A stretch of DNA of 64,000 bases, taken from assembly GCA_937900285.1 (NCBI GenBank), contig CALCEM010000027.1, forward strand, positions 861 to 64,860, read 5' to 3'. A program made the position numbers and the translations under genes. Under the pieces are notes generated by a model. That model searched no databases. It was given only the letters and a program-made list of their open reading frames with translations, and was not told the DNA's origin. The DNA comes from an uncultured Fretibacterium sp. Lineage in GTDB: Bacteria > Synergistota > Synergistia > Synergistales > Aminobacteriaceae. Shown in pieces: positions 38,899 through 48,776 of the stretch; position 1 is the stretch's first letter; every line of letters starts with the position of its first letter.

Positions 38899-41508
38899 CT
38901 AATTTATTATTTTTGCTACAGATTTAAAATCAAGCTCGTTATTTTTAACGTCAATTTTTATCTCTGATTTATCACGAATGCCTCCGGAAATTAAAGCGCG
39001 CGCAAGTTTAGTCTCGACATTATGCGTAATATAACGTTTTAAAGGTCTCGCGCCGTAAACTGAATCATATCCGGACGTAGCAATAAAATTAATTGCTTCA
39101 TCGCTGAAATTTAAATTAATTTGCCGGTCGCTTAATCTTTCGTTCAGCCTCGATAATAAAATTTTCACGATCTTTTTAACTTCGTCCATGCTCAACGGCT
39201 TGAAAAATATAATGTCATCGATCCTGTTTAAAAATTCCGGCCTGAAAGAATTTCTCAAACTTGACATAACTTCCTCACGGGCACTCAATGACACAGCTCC
39301 ATCTGATGTAATTCCGTTCAACAAAAATTCAGAGCCGATATTACTCGTCATGATAATAACCGTATTTTTAAAATCTATTAACCGGCCATGACTGTCAGTA
39401 ATTCTGCCATCGTCCAAAACCTGCAACAAAATATTAAATACATCTGCGTGAGCTTTTTCGATCTCGTCAAATAAAATTACGCTGTACGGTTTCCGCCTGA
39501 CTGCTTCGGTTAATTGTCCGCCTTCATCATAGCCAACATATCCGGGAGGTGCTCCGACCAATCTTGAAACTGAATGTTTTTCCATATATTCGGACATGTC
39601 TATGCGTATTAAATTTTCTTCGCTGTCAAATAATGCTTCAGCTAAAGTTCTAGCGAGTTCAGTTTTTCCCACGCCGGTCGGACCTAAAAATATAAATGAT
39701 CCGATCGGTTTATTTGGGTCTTTAATTCCGCTTCTGGCACGTAAAACAGCATCAGCAACTAATTTAACAGCTTCATCCTGACCGACGACGCGTTTATGTA
39801 AAATTTCATCGAGCTTTAATAATTTTTCGCGTTCACCTTCTATCAATCTGGTTACAGGGATTCCAGTCCAACGGCTTACAATGTCGGCGATCTCATCTTC
39901 CGTAACTTCTTCGCGTAATAATTTTTTGGAGCTTGAATTTTGTGATTTTAAATTCTCTGCTTCATGTAAATTATTTTCGAGTTCGCGTAATTTTCCGTAA
40001 CGTAATTCTGCAGCTTTATTTAAATCGTAATCGCGTTCGGCCTTTTCGATTTGGGATTTAACGTTCTCGATCTGCTTACGAATTTCGCGTATTCCGGAAA
40101 TAGATTTTTTTTCAGCTTCATATTGAGCGCGGAGGGTATCGGCTTCGGTTTTAGCGTCCTGTAATTCCCTCTGTAAATTTTTCAATCTTTCACGTGAGAT
40201 TTCATCATCTTCGCGTTTTAAAGCTGTCTCCTCAATTTCGAGCTGCATGACTTTACGTGAAATATTATCTAATTCTGAAGGCTGTGAATCAATTTCAGTT
40301 CTTATCATTGCGCAGGCTTCGTCAACTAAATCGATGGCTTTATCCGGTAAAAATCTGTCAGTAATATATCTATTTGAAAGAACTGCAGCCGACACTAGAG
40401 CATTATCGCGAATTACGACACCGTGATGAACCTGTAATTTTTCGCGGATGCCTCTTAAAATTGAAATTGTATCCTCAACAGAAGGCTGATCGACATCGAC
40501 CGGCTGGAATCTTCTGGCGAGTGCAGCATCTTTTTCAATATATTTTCTATATTCGTCGACTGTTGTTGCTCCTATGCAATGTAATTCACCGCGCGCGAGC
40601 ATTGGTTTTAACATATTGCCGGCATCAACAGCACCTTCAGCGGCTCCAGCTCCAACTATCGTATGTAATTCATCGATAAATAATAAAATTCTTCCGTCAC
40701 TGTTTTTTACTTCGTTTAGGACTGCTTTTAATCTTTCCTCAAATTCCCCGCGAAATTTAGCACCGGCGATCAGCGATCCCATATCGAGAGCGAAAATGCT
40801 TTTATCTTTTAAACCTTCTGGAACATCTCCGCGCACGATTCTTTGAGCGAGTCCTTCGACAATTGCGGTTTTTCCGACACCTGGATCGCCGATTAAGACG
40901 GGGTTATTTTTAGTTTTACGCGACAAAATTCTTATAACTCTTCTGATCTCATCATCGCGACCGATAACGGGATCTAATTTATTATTTTTTGCAGCCTGAA
41001 CGAGGTCGCGCCCGTATTTTTCGAGAGCCTGATAACTTGCTTCGGGGTCTGCACTTTGAACTCGTTGTGAGCCTCTTATTTCGTTGAGGGCTTTTAAAAA
41101 TTTATCTTCAGTTATTCCGGCATTTTCTAAAATTTTATTTCTATCGTCCGTAATAATCGACAAAAATAAATGTTCAACTGAGATATATTCATCCTTTAAA
41201 TTTTTTGCGCGTTCTTCAGCAGAATTTAAAACCCGGTTTAATCTTTGAGATATATAAATTTTCCCTTGTTCCACTCCGCTCCCGGTAACTCTTGGTAATT
41301 TTTCGAGAGCTTCAGTAATTTTTTCGTTGAGACTATTTATATTAATTCCGATTTTATTCAACAATTGAATTATTAAGCCATCGCGGTCACTCAACAAAGC
41401 TGATAATAAATGCTCTACATCGACCTGTTGATGATTATAACTTGATGCAATATTCTGAGCTTGTGCGAGAGCTTCCTGACTTTTTCGCGTTAATTTATTT
41501 ATATCCAT
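38899..41508 (-). CDS. clpB: Chaperone disaggregase ClpB
   Basis: N-terminus [14 protein letters not shown], two AAA+ modules (GDPGVGKT and GPTGVGKT), and a long middle coiled coil. The ATG at 41508 is preferred over the GTG at 41517. Confidence 0.96.
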   Translation of the reverse strand: MDINKLTRKSQEALAQAQNIASSYNHQQVDVEHLLSALLSDRDGLIIQLLNKIGININSLNEKITEALEKLPRVTGSGVEQGKIYISQRLNRVLNSAEERAKNLKDEYISVEHLFLSIITDDRNKILENAGITEDKFLKALNEIRGSQRVQSADPEASYQALEKYGRDLVQAAKNNKLDPVIGRDDEIRRVIRILSRKTKNNPVLIGDPGVGKTAIVEGLAQRIVRGDVPEGLKDKSIFALDMGSLIAGAKFRGEFEERLKAVLNEVKNSDGRILLFIDELHTIVGAGAAEGAVDAGNMLKPMLARGELHCIGATTVDEYRKYIEKDAALARRFQPVDVDQPSVEDTISILRGIREKLQVHHGVVIRDNALVSAAVLSNRYITDRFLPDKAIDLVDEACAMIRTEIDSQPSELDNISRKVMQLEIEETALKREDDEISRERLKNLQRELQDAKTEADTLRAQYEAEKKSISGIREIRKQIENVKSQIEKAERDYDLNKAAELRYGKLRELENNLHEAENLKSQNSSSKKLLREEVTEDEIADIVSRWTGIPVTRLIEGEREKLLKLDEILHKRVVGQDEAVKLVADAVLRARSGIKDPNKPIGSFIFLGPTGVGKTELARTLAEALFDSEENLIRIDMSEYMEKHSVSRLVGAPPGYVGYDEGGQLTEAVRRKPYSVILFDEIEKAHADVFNILLQVLDDGRITDSHGRLIDFKNTVIIMTSNIGSEFLLNGITSDGAVSLSAREEVMSSLRNSFRPEFLNRIDDIIFFKPLSMDEVKKIVKILLSRLNERLSDRQINLNFSDEAINFIATSGYDSVYGARPLKRYITHNVETKLARALISGGIRDKSEIKIDVKNNELDFKSVAKIIN

Positions 41509-41532
41509 AATGATCACTTCCAGTTAATTTAT

Positions 41533-41549
41533 ATTGACTAATTGTGACC
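41533..41549 (-). promoter_or_regulatory. CtsR-like operator (direct heptad repeat) just downstream of the clpB -10 box
   Basis: Minus strand reads GGTCACA-ATT-AGTCAAT, against the CtsR consensus (A/G)GTCAAA-NAN-(A/G)GTCAAA. Each heptad matches 6 of 7. Confidence 0.35.
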
Positions 41550-41551
41550 AA

Positions 41552-41580
41552 ATTTTATTAACTGGAAATAATTTTGTCAA
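41552..41580 (-). promoter_or_regulatory. Near-consensus sigma70 promoter of clpB (TTGACA-17-TAAAAT)
   Basis: Minus strand has TTGACA at 41580-41575, a 17-nt spacer, and TAAAAT at 41557-41552. Confidence 0.6.
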
Positions 41581-41604
41581 GTTTAGTTTAAATTATTATT
41601 TTAT

Positions 41605-44600
41605 TTATACTTTAAATTCTTCCGGCCTTTTGCCATAACGAATTTTTCTCGGCAAATTATCATCGTATAAAAAATATTTATTCATTTGGGCGATGTGCTT
41701 TATAAAATTAATTTTCATTTCATCGGTCATTTTATTTTCAAGAGCATTTTTTATAACGGCCTCCAAACTTTCAAAATTAAAAGCCTCGTAGCAACAGCCT
41801 TTACCCCTTAATGACGTATATCCGAGCATTATTAAAGGTTTTTCTCGAATTAATGCTATATAACCTGTTGAGCTTAAAATCGTTATAGTTAAATCCGCAT
41901 AATCAACCAGGTCATTAATATTACATGCTTTCACAATGTGAACGGATTTAGGCATCTCAGGAATTTCACAACCAAACATAAGAGGATGTATTTTATAAAT
42001 TATTTCCCAATTATTTTTTAATGCGAGTTCACCTAAAATTTTAGCTGCTTCATTACTTGATTTTATGAAAGGAGATTCAAAATTTTTCACAACATCATCA
42101 TATGGAAAAAGTCCGGCCTCGTAATCAAGTTCACCTGTATATAAAATTACGGGATGTTTAGGATTAAGATTCATTTTAAAATTATTTATCACATTATTTT
42201 CAGGTTGCTTATATCTGTTCAGCTTGCTTGATTGTAAAAATTTATAAACTTCCTGAGCATTTTTTATTTCATCCTGAGTAATTTCCAGCTTTAAAAATTC
42301 TTCGTAATTCTTTGCCGGGAAACTTTTACCCGTTTGGCCTCCAGCTGTAACAAAAAATGTGCCGGGAATTTGACCAGTTTCCATATAATTTACAGTCATG
42401 TTAAGTTCTTTTGCGACACAATTGACAATTCTGTGTAACCCTTGATATTCATTCCATGTAATAATTAACTTTGGTTTTAATATTTTAAATACTTGGGTTA
42501 AATATTCGTATGATTTAAGCACAAAATATTCTATAAAACTCCTTTTGACATTGGGTAAATACTTTATTAACATCTCAACATCACCATTTAAAAGAGGGCT
42601 AGAATAAATTAATTTTTTCTGATCATCAGTTACTTTTATATCAAGCTCAGGAATATATTTATTACGTTCAAAAAATTCCGGCAAAATATGTACCGGCATA
42701 TGAACATTTTTAATAACCTGCTCAAATGACGTATATTCAGACATAAATAACCAGTCATAATTTATATTAACTCCGGCAAGATCATTCAAAAATGCGCATA
42801 TTCCTCTACCATATCCGGCAACCCCACCGATAAAAATAATTTTGTCCCGTTTAAAGTATCTTGCATAATTTTTAATTTCATCAATAGAATTTTTTATGTC
42901 AATTTCAGTACTTTTTACAAATTCTTCGGCTGATACTTTAAATTTATTGGGATTCAATTTATTAAGCCTTCTGATTATCCCTTTTACGTGGAGTTTTTTC
43001 GCGATGTCTTTTAAATAAAATTTTTCCGCAACGCCTTTTAATAATTTTTTGATTTTGCTCCCTTCACGCTCATCAGAATAAGGCACGAAATAATTATAAA
43101 TTTTCTTAGCTCCGAGAAATTTCAGGAATTTTTTAAGCATAAATTTATTACGGTTTTTAAATTTGCCGTCAAACCACGCCTCAAAATAATTTGCTGTGCT
43201 ACCTCCCATAAATTCGGCTTCGGAATGGCTTAAGGCTCTTAAAATTTTCGCATCGGTTTTTGTCGGATTAATTAAGATTTCTGCAACAATCCAAAATAAA
43301 TTATGCGGATCAAATCTCATAAATTTAATATTTTCTCCGAAACGTTCGGCCATGATCCTGCAAAATAAAATTATATTTTCCTGAATTATATTTACGTTGT
43401 CGTGCGGAATATTTATTTTCCCGTCTTGTTTTATAAATTTTCCGTCGCGCTTAATAATTTCCGTTATGCCAGGTTCGGAACTGCTTAAAATTCTTTCCAT
43501 GAGAGCATGTAATAAACCAGCTTTACCAGTAACATTTTTTCCGCAGTTAATGCATGATTTTAAATTTACTTTTGGCAAATATTCAGAACAAAGCCAGGAC
43601 CATTTTAAAAGCTGATAGCCCGTAACTCTTAATCCGCTGGAAATTTCGGCCATAAAATTAGCTACAGCTCCGCGATAACCAATATCAAATATTGCGACAT
43701 GTTCATAATTTTTAATTTTGTCCCGGCAATATTCGCGAATAATTTTTATTTTCTCAGTTCCATTTTTGCGTAAATATTTTTCTAATTCGCTCGTCAGTCT
43801 GTAAATTCTGTGAACGTCCTGAATTTCTTCGTCCGGATTTAAATAACCGCTCTTGCCTAAAATTCTTAACACTTCTTCAAATTCTTTTTCGTCATCAATT
43901 AATAATCTGTATTTTATAAAATTTCTGACGGTCATTTTTTCGGGAATCGTATAACATAAATGCGTTAATGGGTGTTCATGTTCCGCGCAAATGGGATAAC
44001 GTACACTGCGATTTAAATAAATTGGTTCTGCTGAAATTTCAGGATCGTAAAAATTTTTAAGTAATTTTATAATTTCAAGCGGTAAATAACCATCCCGCCA
44101 GGCCAGAAATAATTTTTTTATCCCGTTATGTTCCATATCATCGAGAATCCATTTTGAAAAAGCCAACATAAACGGAGCAATTACAAAGCCTAAATTTTCA
44201 GGGGAATTATTAGCGATGCCGTCATATTTTATAAACGGGTCGTCAAATAATAAATTTGCCAAAGTTCCAATTAAAAAAACATTATCGTTTGAATTTTCCG
44301 CGATTTCCCGTAATTGATTATGCGAGTTAAAAACATCGATTGCCTTAGGAAATAAAAACGCGTTTAACCCTGCTTCACGGGCTTTTACAAAATCAGAATA
44401 ATAATTATCTCCAATATGTAAAATTTCATTGGGCTTAATATTTTCCCGTTCAAAATCCTTTATGATGCGTTTAAATAATTTGCCTGTAGATTTTGTTTCT
44501 TTGTATTCGGACGACAAATAAATTTTTTTGTAACCAGTGAAATTATTTTTATTCAGAACTTTTTCAATAAAATTAACTGGTAAATACATATCTGACGTAA

Positions 44601-45063
44601 TTATAATTATTTTGCCGGAATTTAGAGCACTTTCAAAAACTTCTTTTATGCTTTCTCTCGAATATAATAATTTTTCTTCCGTATCAAGCTCAAAATTTTT
44701 TATATCTTCTACCTGTTCGTGTGAAAATCCAAAACATTTTTCAAGCTGTAAATAAATTTCATTCAGCGTAATTTCATCATGATCATTTAACTTACAATTT
44801 CTGGCTTCCTGTTCTGCTTCAGTTCGCATTCTAGTAAATTGATGTTCAGCAAACTGACCTTGATTTAAATAAAATTTATTTCCGATTATCCTGAAAATAT
44901 CCGATGGCTTCGAGGCCGGGCGAAATAATAACGTGTCAAAAATATCAAAACTTATTACTTTAAATTTATTGGAACATACTTTATTTATTAAAGAACATAA
45001 TTTACGTGATGTGATGTGATGTGATGTGATGTGAATTATACAAATTTTCTGACATCTTGTCAA
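41605..45063 (-). CDS. Large fusion protein: N-terminal HAD-family hydrolase (COG5610-like) plus a C-terminal capsule polysaccharide synthesis (KpsC/KpsS-like, PF05159-type) domain. The 5' ATCAC tract means it may be phase-OFF as assembled.
   Basis: HAD motif I VISFDIFDTLLFRP and motif IV HIGDNYYSDFVKAREAG. C-terminal block KPKLIITWNEYQGLHRIVNCVAKELNMTVNYMETGQIPGTFFV resembles Capsule_synth. The long frame has only a TTG start 1 nt after AAGGAG. Both upstream ATGs are in another frame (see findings). Confidence 0.6.
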   Translation of the reverse strand: MTRCQKICIIHITSHHITSRKLCSLINKVCSNKFKVISFDIFDTLLFRPASKPSDIFRIIGNKFYLNQGQFAEHQFTRMRTEAEQEARNCKLNDHDEITLNEIYLQLEKCFGFSHEQVEDIKNFELDTEEKLLYSRESIKEVFESALNSGKIIIITSDMYLPVNFIEKVLNKNNFTGYKKIYLSSEYKETKSTGKLFKRIIKDFERENIKPNEILHIGDNYYSDFVKAREAGLNAFLFPKAIDVFNSHNQLREIAENSNDNVFLIGTLANLLFDDPFIKYDGIANNSPENLGFVIAPFMLAFSKWILDDMEHNGIKKLFLAWRDGYLPLEIIKLLKNFYDPEISAEPIYLNRSVRYPICAEHEHPLTHLCYTIPEKMTVRNFIKYRLLIDDEKEFEEVLRILGKSGYLNPDEEIQDVHRIYRLTSELEKYLRKNGTEKIKIIREYCRDKIKNYEHVAIFDIGYRGAVANFMAEISSGLRVTGYQLLKWSWLCSEYLPKVNLKSCINCGKNVTGKAGLLHALMERILSSSEPGITEIIKRDGKFIKQDGKINIPHDNVNIIQENIILFCRIMAERFGENIKFMRFDPHNLFWIVAEILINPTKTDAKILRALSHSEAEFMGGSTANYFEAWFDGKFKNRNKFMLKKFLKFLGAKKIYNYFVPYSDEREGSKIKKLLKGVAEKFYLKDIAKKLHVKGIIRRLNKLNPNKFKVSAEEFVKSTEIDIKNSIDEIKNYARYFKRDKIIFIGGVAGYGRGICAFLNDLAGVNINYDWLFMSEYTSFEQVIKNVHMPVHILPEFFERNKYIPELDIKVTDDQKKLIYSSPLLNGDVEMLIKYLPNVKRSFIEYFVLKSYEYLTQVFKILKPKLIITWNEYQGLHRIVNCVAKELNMTVNYMETGQIPGTFFVTAGGQTGKSFPAKNYEEFLKLEITQDEIKNAQEVYKFLQSSKLNRYKQPENNVINNFKMNLNPKHPVILYTGELDYEAGLFPYDDVVKNFESPFIKSSNEAAKILGELALKNNWEIIYKIHPLMFGCEIPEMPKSVHIVKACNINDLVDYADLTITILSSTGYIALIREKPLIMLGYTSLRGKGCCYEAFNFESLEAVIKNALENKMTDEMKINFIKHIAQMNKYFLYDDNLPRKIRYGKRPEEFKV
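45006..45034 (-). repeat. Pentanucleotide tract tcac(ATCAC)5 at the 5' end of the HAD/capsule gene
   Basis: Plus strand reads (gtgat)5gtga. It encodes HITSHHITS in the long frame. Confidence 0.95.
45035..45063 (-). promoter_or_regulatory. Perfect sigma70 consensus (TTGACA-17-TATAAT) abutting the ATCAC tract; function unresolved
   Basis: Minus strand has TTGACA at 45063-45058, a 17-nt spacer, and TATAAT at 45040-45035. The predicted +1 falls inside the repeat tract. Confidence 0.4.
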
Positions 45064-45144
45064 GCTCCTTCATTTTTTTTTATAACTTATTTTAACCGGG
45101 AAGCACGTGCTGGCCTCCCGTAAATTTTATTTTAATTTAAATTT

Positions 45145-45846
45145 TTATTTCGAGTTTAAAACAGCTTCGTTGCGCAAGTTTAAAGCATTCTTAACAAGCT
45201 CGCAAGCAGTCAAAATATTTTCTGGTGCTGCGCTTTCAAGTTTATTTATTGCGTCGTCGAGATCATTTTCATATTTTGAACCCGCAGGAGTCGGATCAGA
45301 ATATTTTATTGATTCGGACAATTTTTCGAGAGCATCAAAATTTATATTTATTCCCGAAGCTTTTAACGAGCTTATTAAATTTTTTACACGCATTGATCTT
45401 AAACTCATGTTTTGCCGGCCTTCCTGTTGAGCGCGCGTTGTCGAGTTGCTTAATTTCAACATGGCCATATTCATAAGGAGCATGGGAATTAAAAATATTG
45501 CAAGTGTCAAAATGTGAATTAAAAAATATTTTACGACCGAAAAATTATAAAACGCATTCCAAACCGAAATTAAAATTACTGCAATAAAATATATCGTCCC
45601 TAATATGAACATCGCAAAATTTCCGGGTATATTCCTGCCTTTGTTCGAACGCAACGCAATCCCAGATGCCAATAACGTCTCAAGAATTAACGCAAATCCC
45701 AAAAATCCTACAGAAATCCAAAATGTTGTGCCCCTGTTCGCCGGATCAGTACGAAAATATATAAATACTGCTGAAACGGCCACAATTAAAAGCATGATCA
45801 AAAAAATATTAAATACTTGACGCAGCTTGTCAAAAAATTTTCCCAT
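45145..45846 (-). CDS. Hypothetical polytopic membrane protein with a helical cytoplasmic tail
   Basis: 233 aa. 4-5 hydrophobic segments, then a hydrophilic helical C-terminus. No family recognised. Lies 26 nt downstream of the SPFH gene. Confidence 0.5.
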   Translation of the reverse strand: MGKFFDKLRQVFNIFLIMLLIVAVSAVFIYFRTDPANRGTTFWISVGFLGFALILETLLASGIALRSNKGRNIPGNFAMFILGTIYFIAVILISVWNAFYNFSVVKYFLIHILTLAIFLIPMLLMNMAMLKLSNSTTRAQQEGRQNMSLRSMRVKNLISSLKASGININFDALEKLSESIKYSDPTPAGSKYENDLDDAINKLESAAPENILTACELVKNALNLRNEAVLNSK

Positions 45847-45872
45847 GTTAAATTATTTCACTCCTTTTAAAT

Positions 45873-46985
45873 TTAAATTTGTTTGCCACAATTAGCGCAG
45901 AATTTCGCACCGGGTATTAAATTAGCTCCGCAGTCCGGACAGGTTAAACGAGTTCCGCAAAATGCACAGAATAATGCTCCGGGTGTTAAAGGCTGGTTAC
46001 ATTTTGGACATAATGCAACGTTATTATTATTATTATTTTGTTGCGGTTGAACTTGAGAATTATTATTATTATTTATATTTGCGTTTACGTTCTGCCCGAT
46101 TTGCGAGGCCATTTGCCCAAAAGCTCCGCCCATTCCGAAGCCAGCCCCTAAACCCATGCCGGCCGAAATCATTCCAGCTCCTGCGCCTTCGTTTTTTGCT
46201 GCACTTTCCATGACATCAAATGATCTCTTTTGTTGATAATTAAATCCGATTATGTCCATACTAGCGCGATCGCTCAAAGCCTGTTTTAATTTCTTTATGC
46301 CCTCGTCATCATCGTTAATGTTCACTGAATTAAAATAAAAATTCACGCATTCGATCCCATAATCTTCAAACGCTGGTTTTAATTTTTCGACTGCTTCGTC
46401 TGACATATCTTCCAAATACGCATTAATTTCAAATATCGTAATTTTTTTATGCGCAATATATGTCGCAAGCATGTCGCTCATTCTGCTTAATAATAATCCT
46501 CTGAAATTATTTTCTAAATCTTCGCGAGTAATTTTATTTTTATTTCCTGCTAGTTTTAAAACAAATTGCCGGCTGTTGTTTACGCGTATTCCGAATTGTC
46601 CGTAAGCTCTGACATAAACAGGAATTTTATAATCAGGATCGCGCAATAATAACGGCGAAGGAGTTCCCCATTTTATATCCAGCACGTTAATTTTATTTAC
46701 GAACCATAGGCCGGCCTTTGAAGCACTCTCGCCACCCGTTGGAATTGTCATTATATATCTCAAGACCGGAATAATATCCGTTGACAAACTATGACGACCG
46801 GAACCATATAAATCTAACGCCTGCCCATCGCGTATAAAAATAGCTTCCTGATTTTCTTCTACAATTAGCTGGGTCCAGTTTCCGATCTCATTACTACGAG
46901 CGGGATTTTTTTTATTTACGTAACGCCATGCAAAAACGTCATTTGAATTTTCATCGTCCCATTTTATAACTTGTAATAATGCCAT
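45873..46985 (-). CDS. SPFH/band-7 domain protein with a C-terminal double zinc ribbon (COG4260, YdjI-like)
   Basis: N-terminus ALLQVIKWDDENSNDVFAWRY...QLIVEENQEAIFIRDGQALDLYGSGRHSL, a G/A/M-rich linker, poly-N runs, then CPKCNQPL...CAFCG...CPDCGANL...CANCG. Confidence 0.75.
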   Translation of the reverse strand: MALLQVIKWDDENSNDVFAWRYVNKKNPARSNEIGNWTQLIVEENQEAIFIRDGQALDLYGSGRHSLSTDIIPVLRYIMTIPTGGESASKAGLWFVNKINVLDIKWGTPSPLLLRDPDYKIPVYVRAYGQFGIRVNNSRQFVLKLAGNKNKITREDLENNFRGLLLSRMSDMLATYIAHKKITIFEINAYLEDMSDEAVEKLKPAFEDYGIECVNFYFNSVNINDDDEGIKKLKQALSDRASMDIIGFNYQQKRSFDVMESAAKNEGAGAGMISAGMGLGAGFGMGGAFGQMASQIGQNVNANINNNNNSQVQPQQNNNNNNVALCPKCNQPLTPGALFCAFCGTRLTCPDCGANLIPGAKFCANCGKQI

Positions 46986-47444
46986 TTATCTCGCCCTCAT
47001 GTAAACTGTATCAGTGTCGCCAGCATATTCTGTATAAGTGTCATTAGCTTTTTTTAAGAGGCTTGAAGATTTTGCACGGCCTTTTAATCTTTTCTTTAAC
47101 TCGTCTTTATCTGGGTCTGAGCTGAAATCATATTTAACGTACCATTTTTTATCAGTGGTAATTTCAAAACTATATCCGCTAAAGCTGTCGGGATTATCAA
47201 CATATTCTTTTAAAATTCCTGTATCACCGTTTAAAGTAGTAGCATCCGTAACACTCTCCGCAGTGTCTATATTATCAAGGTAATACATCGCTGCAGCTTC
47301 CTTCAAAATTCTTAAATTATTGATCACGTTCATTCCTTTAGCTGTAGTGCTTGCCGAACGGCTCGAAAGCATCATCGTTGCACCTAATACGCCAATAATT
47401 GAAATTACAACTAATAACTCTACCATAGTAAAACCTTTACGCAT
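46986..47444 (-). CDS. Prepilin-type (type IV pilin / pseudopilin) protein
   Basis: Class III signal MRKGFTMVELLVVISIIGVLGA (G|FTMVE cleavage/methylation motif). 152 aa. Confidence 0.88.
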   Translation of the reverse strand: MRKGFTMVELLVVISIIGVLGATMMLSSRSASTTAKGMNVINNLRILKEAAAMYYLDNIDTAESVTDATTLNGDTGILKEYVDNPDSFSGYSFEITTDKKWYVKYDFSSDPDKDELKKRLKGRAKSSSLLKKANDTYTEYAGDTDTVYMRAR

Positions 47445-47480
47445 AATAAATAAAATTCCTCCTTAAAATTAAAAAATTTT

Positions 47481-48695
47481 TTACATAATTTGAGACATTG
47501 CGGAAGTTACAGGCCCAAAAATTGAAAGCGCAATAACCCCGACAATTAAGCCTACGAAAATTATCATGACAGGTTCAAGAAGCGAAACAGTATTTTTAAT
47601 TTGTGTATCAACTTCCTGATCGTACCAAGAAGCTACGCGCTCAAGCATGTTGTCAAGATGTCCAGTTTCTTCACCTATTCGCATCATTTGAGAAATTAAA
47701 ACCGGGAAAATTCCTGCCTGCTTTGAAGCATCTCCCAATGAAACTCCGCGTGAAGCTCCGTGTCTTAACTCTTCGAAACCTTCACGAATTACAATATTTT
47801 CAGCAGTATTTTCTGCCATTTCGAGACTGCGTATAACTGGAACTCCAGCAGAAATTAACGCCGATAAAATTCGAGTTGCGCGAGCCATTGAAGATTTAAA
47901 AATTAAATTTTTGAGCACGGGAATTTTTAATTTAAATCTGTCCATAAAATTTTTTGCGAATTTGCCGGAAAATAATATCCAGATCAAAAAAATTATTCCT
48001 AAACCTGAAATTAAAATCAATTTATAATTATTTATGACGTATTCGCCAAAATTAAATAAATTTGCTGTCATGGCCGGTAATTCTATATTCATGGATTCGA
48101 AGACGCTTTTAAATTTCGGAACGAGATACATAAAAAATACTCCTGCTACAACGAGCGCAAAAATTATTACAAATGTCGGGTAAAATAATGCGTTATGAAT
48201 TTTATTTTTTAAATTTTCCTGTTTTTCCAGAAGTGTAGCGACCTGCTCCAGAGCTGTGTCAAGTAATCCGCCTTCCTCTCCAGCTTCAACCAATGAAATT
48301 ATTAAAGCATTAAATTCATTATGCTGGCTCATGGCTTGACTCAAACTTACTCCGCGTTCCAACATATTTTTTATATTGAGCAGAGAATTTTTGAAGGATT
48401 TATTTTTCTCCTGAGCGCAAATTATTTCAAAAGCTGACGAAATATTTAAACCTGCCTGAACCATTGTGGCTAATTGCCGAAAAAATATCATTAAATTTTT
48501 TGTGGGAATTTTAGCGTGAGTTATTCGGTTTATGACGGATTTAACTGGAATTTTATCGGGCTTATTGGAATTTAAATTTATAACTATCATGCCGCGCGAT
48601 CTTAAAGAGTTCAAAGCGTTTTTTTGAGAATCTGCTTCAATATATCCTTCCGTAATTTCTCCGTCCGAAGTTCTTGCGCGATATTTGAAATTCAA
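47481..48695 (-). CDS. Type II secretion / type IV pilus platform protein (GspF/PilC family)
   Basis: 404 aa with two T2SSF repeats (LATMVQAGLNISSAFE and LSALISAGVPVIRSLE) and three TM segments. Confidence 0.9.
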   Translation of the reverse strand: MNFKYRARTSDGEITEGYIEADSQKNALNSLRSRGMIVINLNSNKPDKIPVKSVINRITHAKIPTKNLMIFFRQLATMVQAGLNISSAFEIICAQEKNKSFKNSLLNIKNMLERGVSLSQAMSQHNEFNALIISLVEAGEEGGLLDTALEQVATLLEKQENLKNKIHNALFYPTFVIIFALVVAGVFFMYLVPKFKSVFESMNIELPAMTANLFNFGEYVINNYKLILISGLGIIFLIWILFSGKFAKNFMDRFKLKIPVLKNLIFKSSMARATRILSALISAGVPVIRSLEMAENTAENIVIREGFEELRHGASRGVSLGDASKQAGIFPVLISQMMRIGEETGHLDNMLERVASWYDQEVDTQIKNTVSLLEPVMIIFVGLIVGVIALSIFGPVTSAMSQIM

Positions 48696-48776
48696 AATTT
48701 AAACACCTCCCGAATTGGGAGATATTATAAAAAAATCATCATAATTTGTGAAATTGAAAATTTATTTTTTTAATCA

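Noticed and set aside
45088-45120. Hairpin containing the perfect palindrome AGCACGTGCT, between the membrane-protein gene and the capsule-type gene.
   Set aside because: The stem is short (CGGGA/TCCCG) and there is no adjacent U-run on the relevant strand. That is insufficient to call a terminator or operator.
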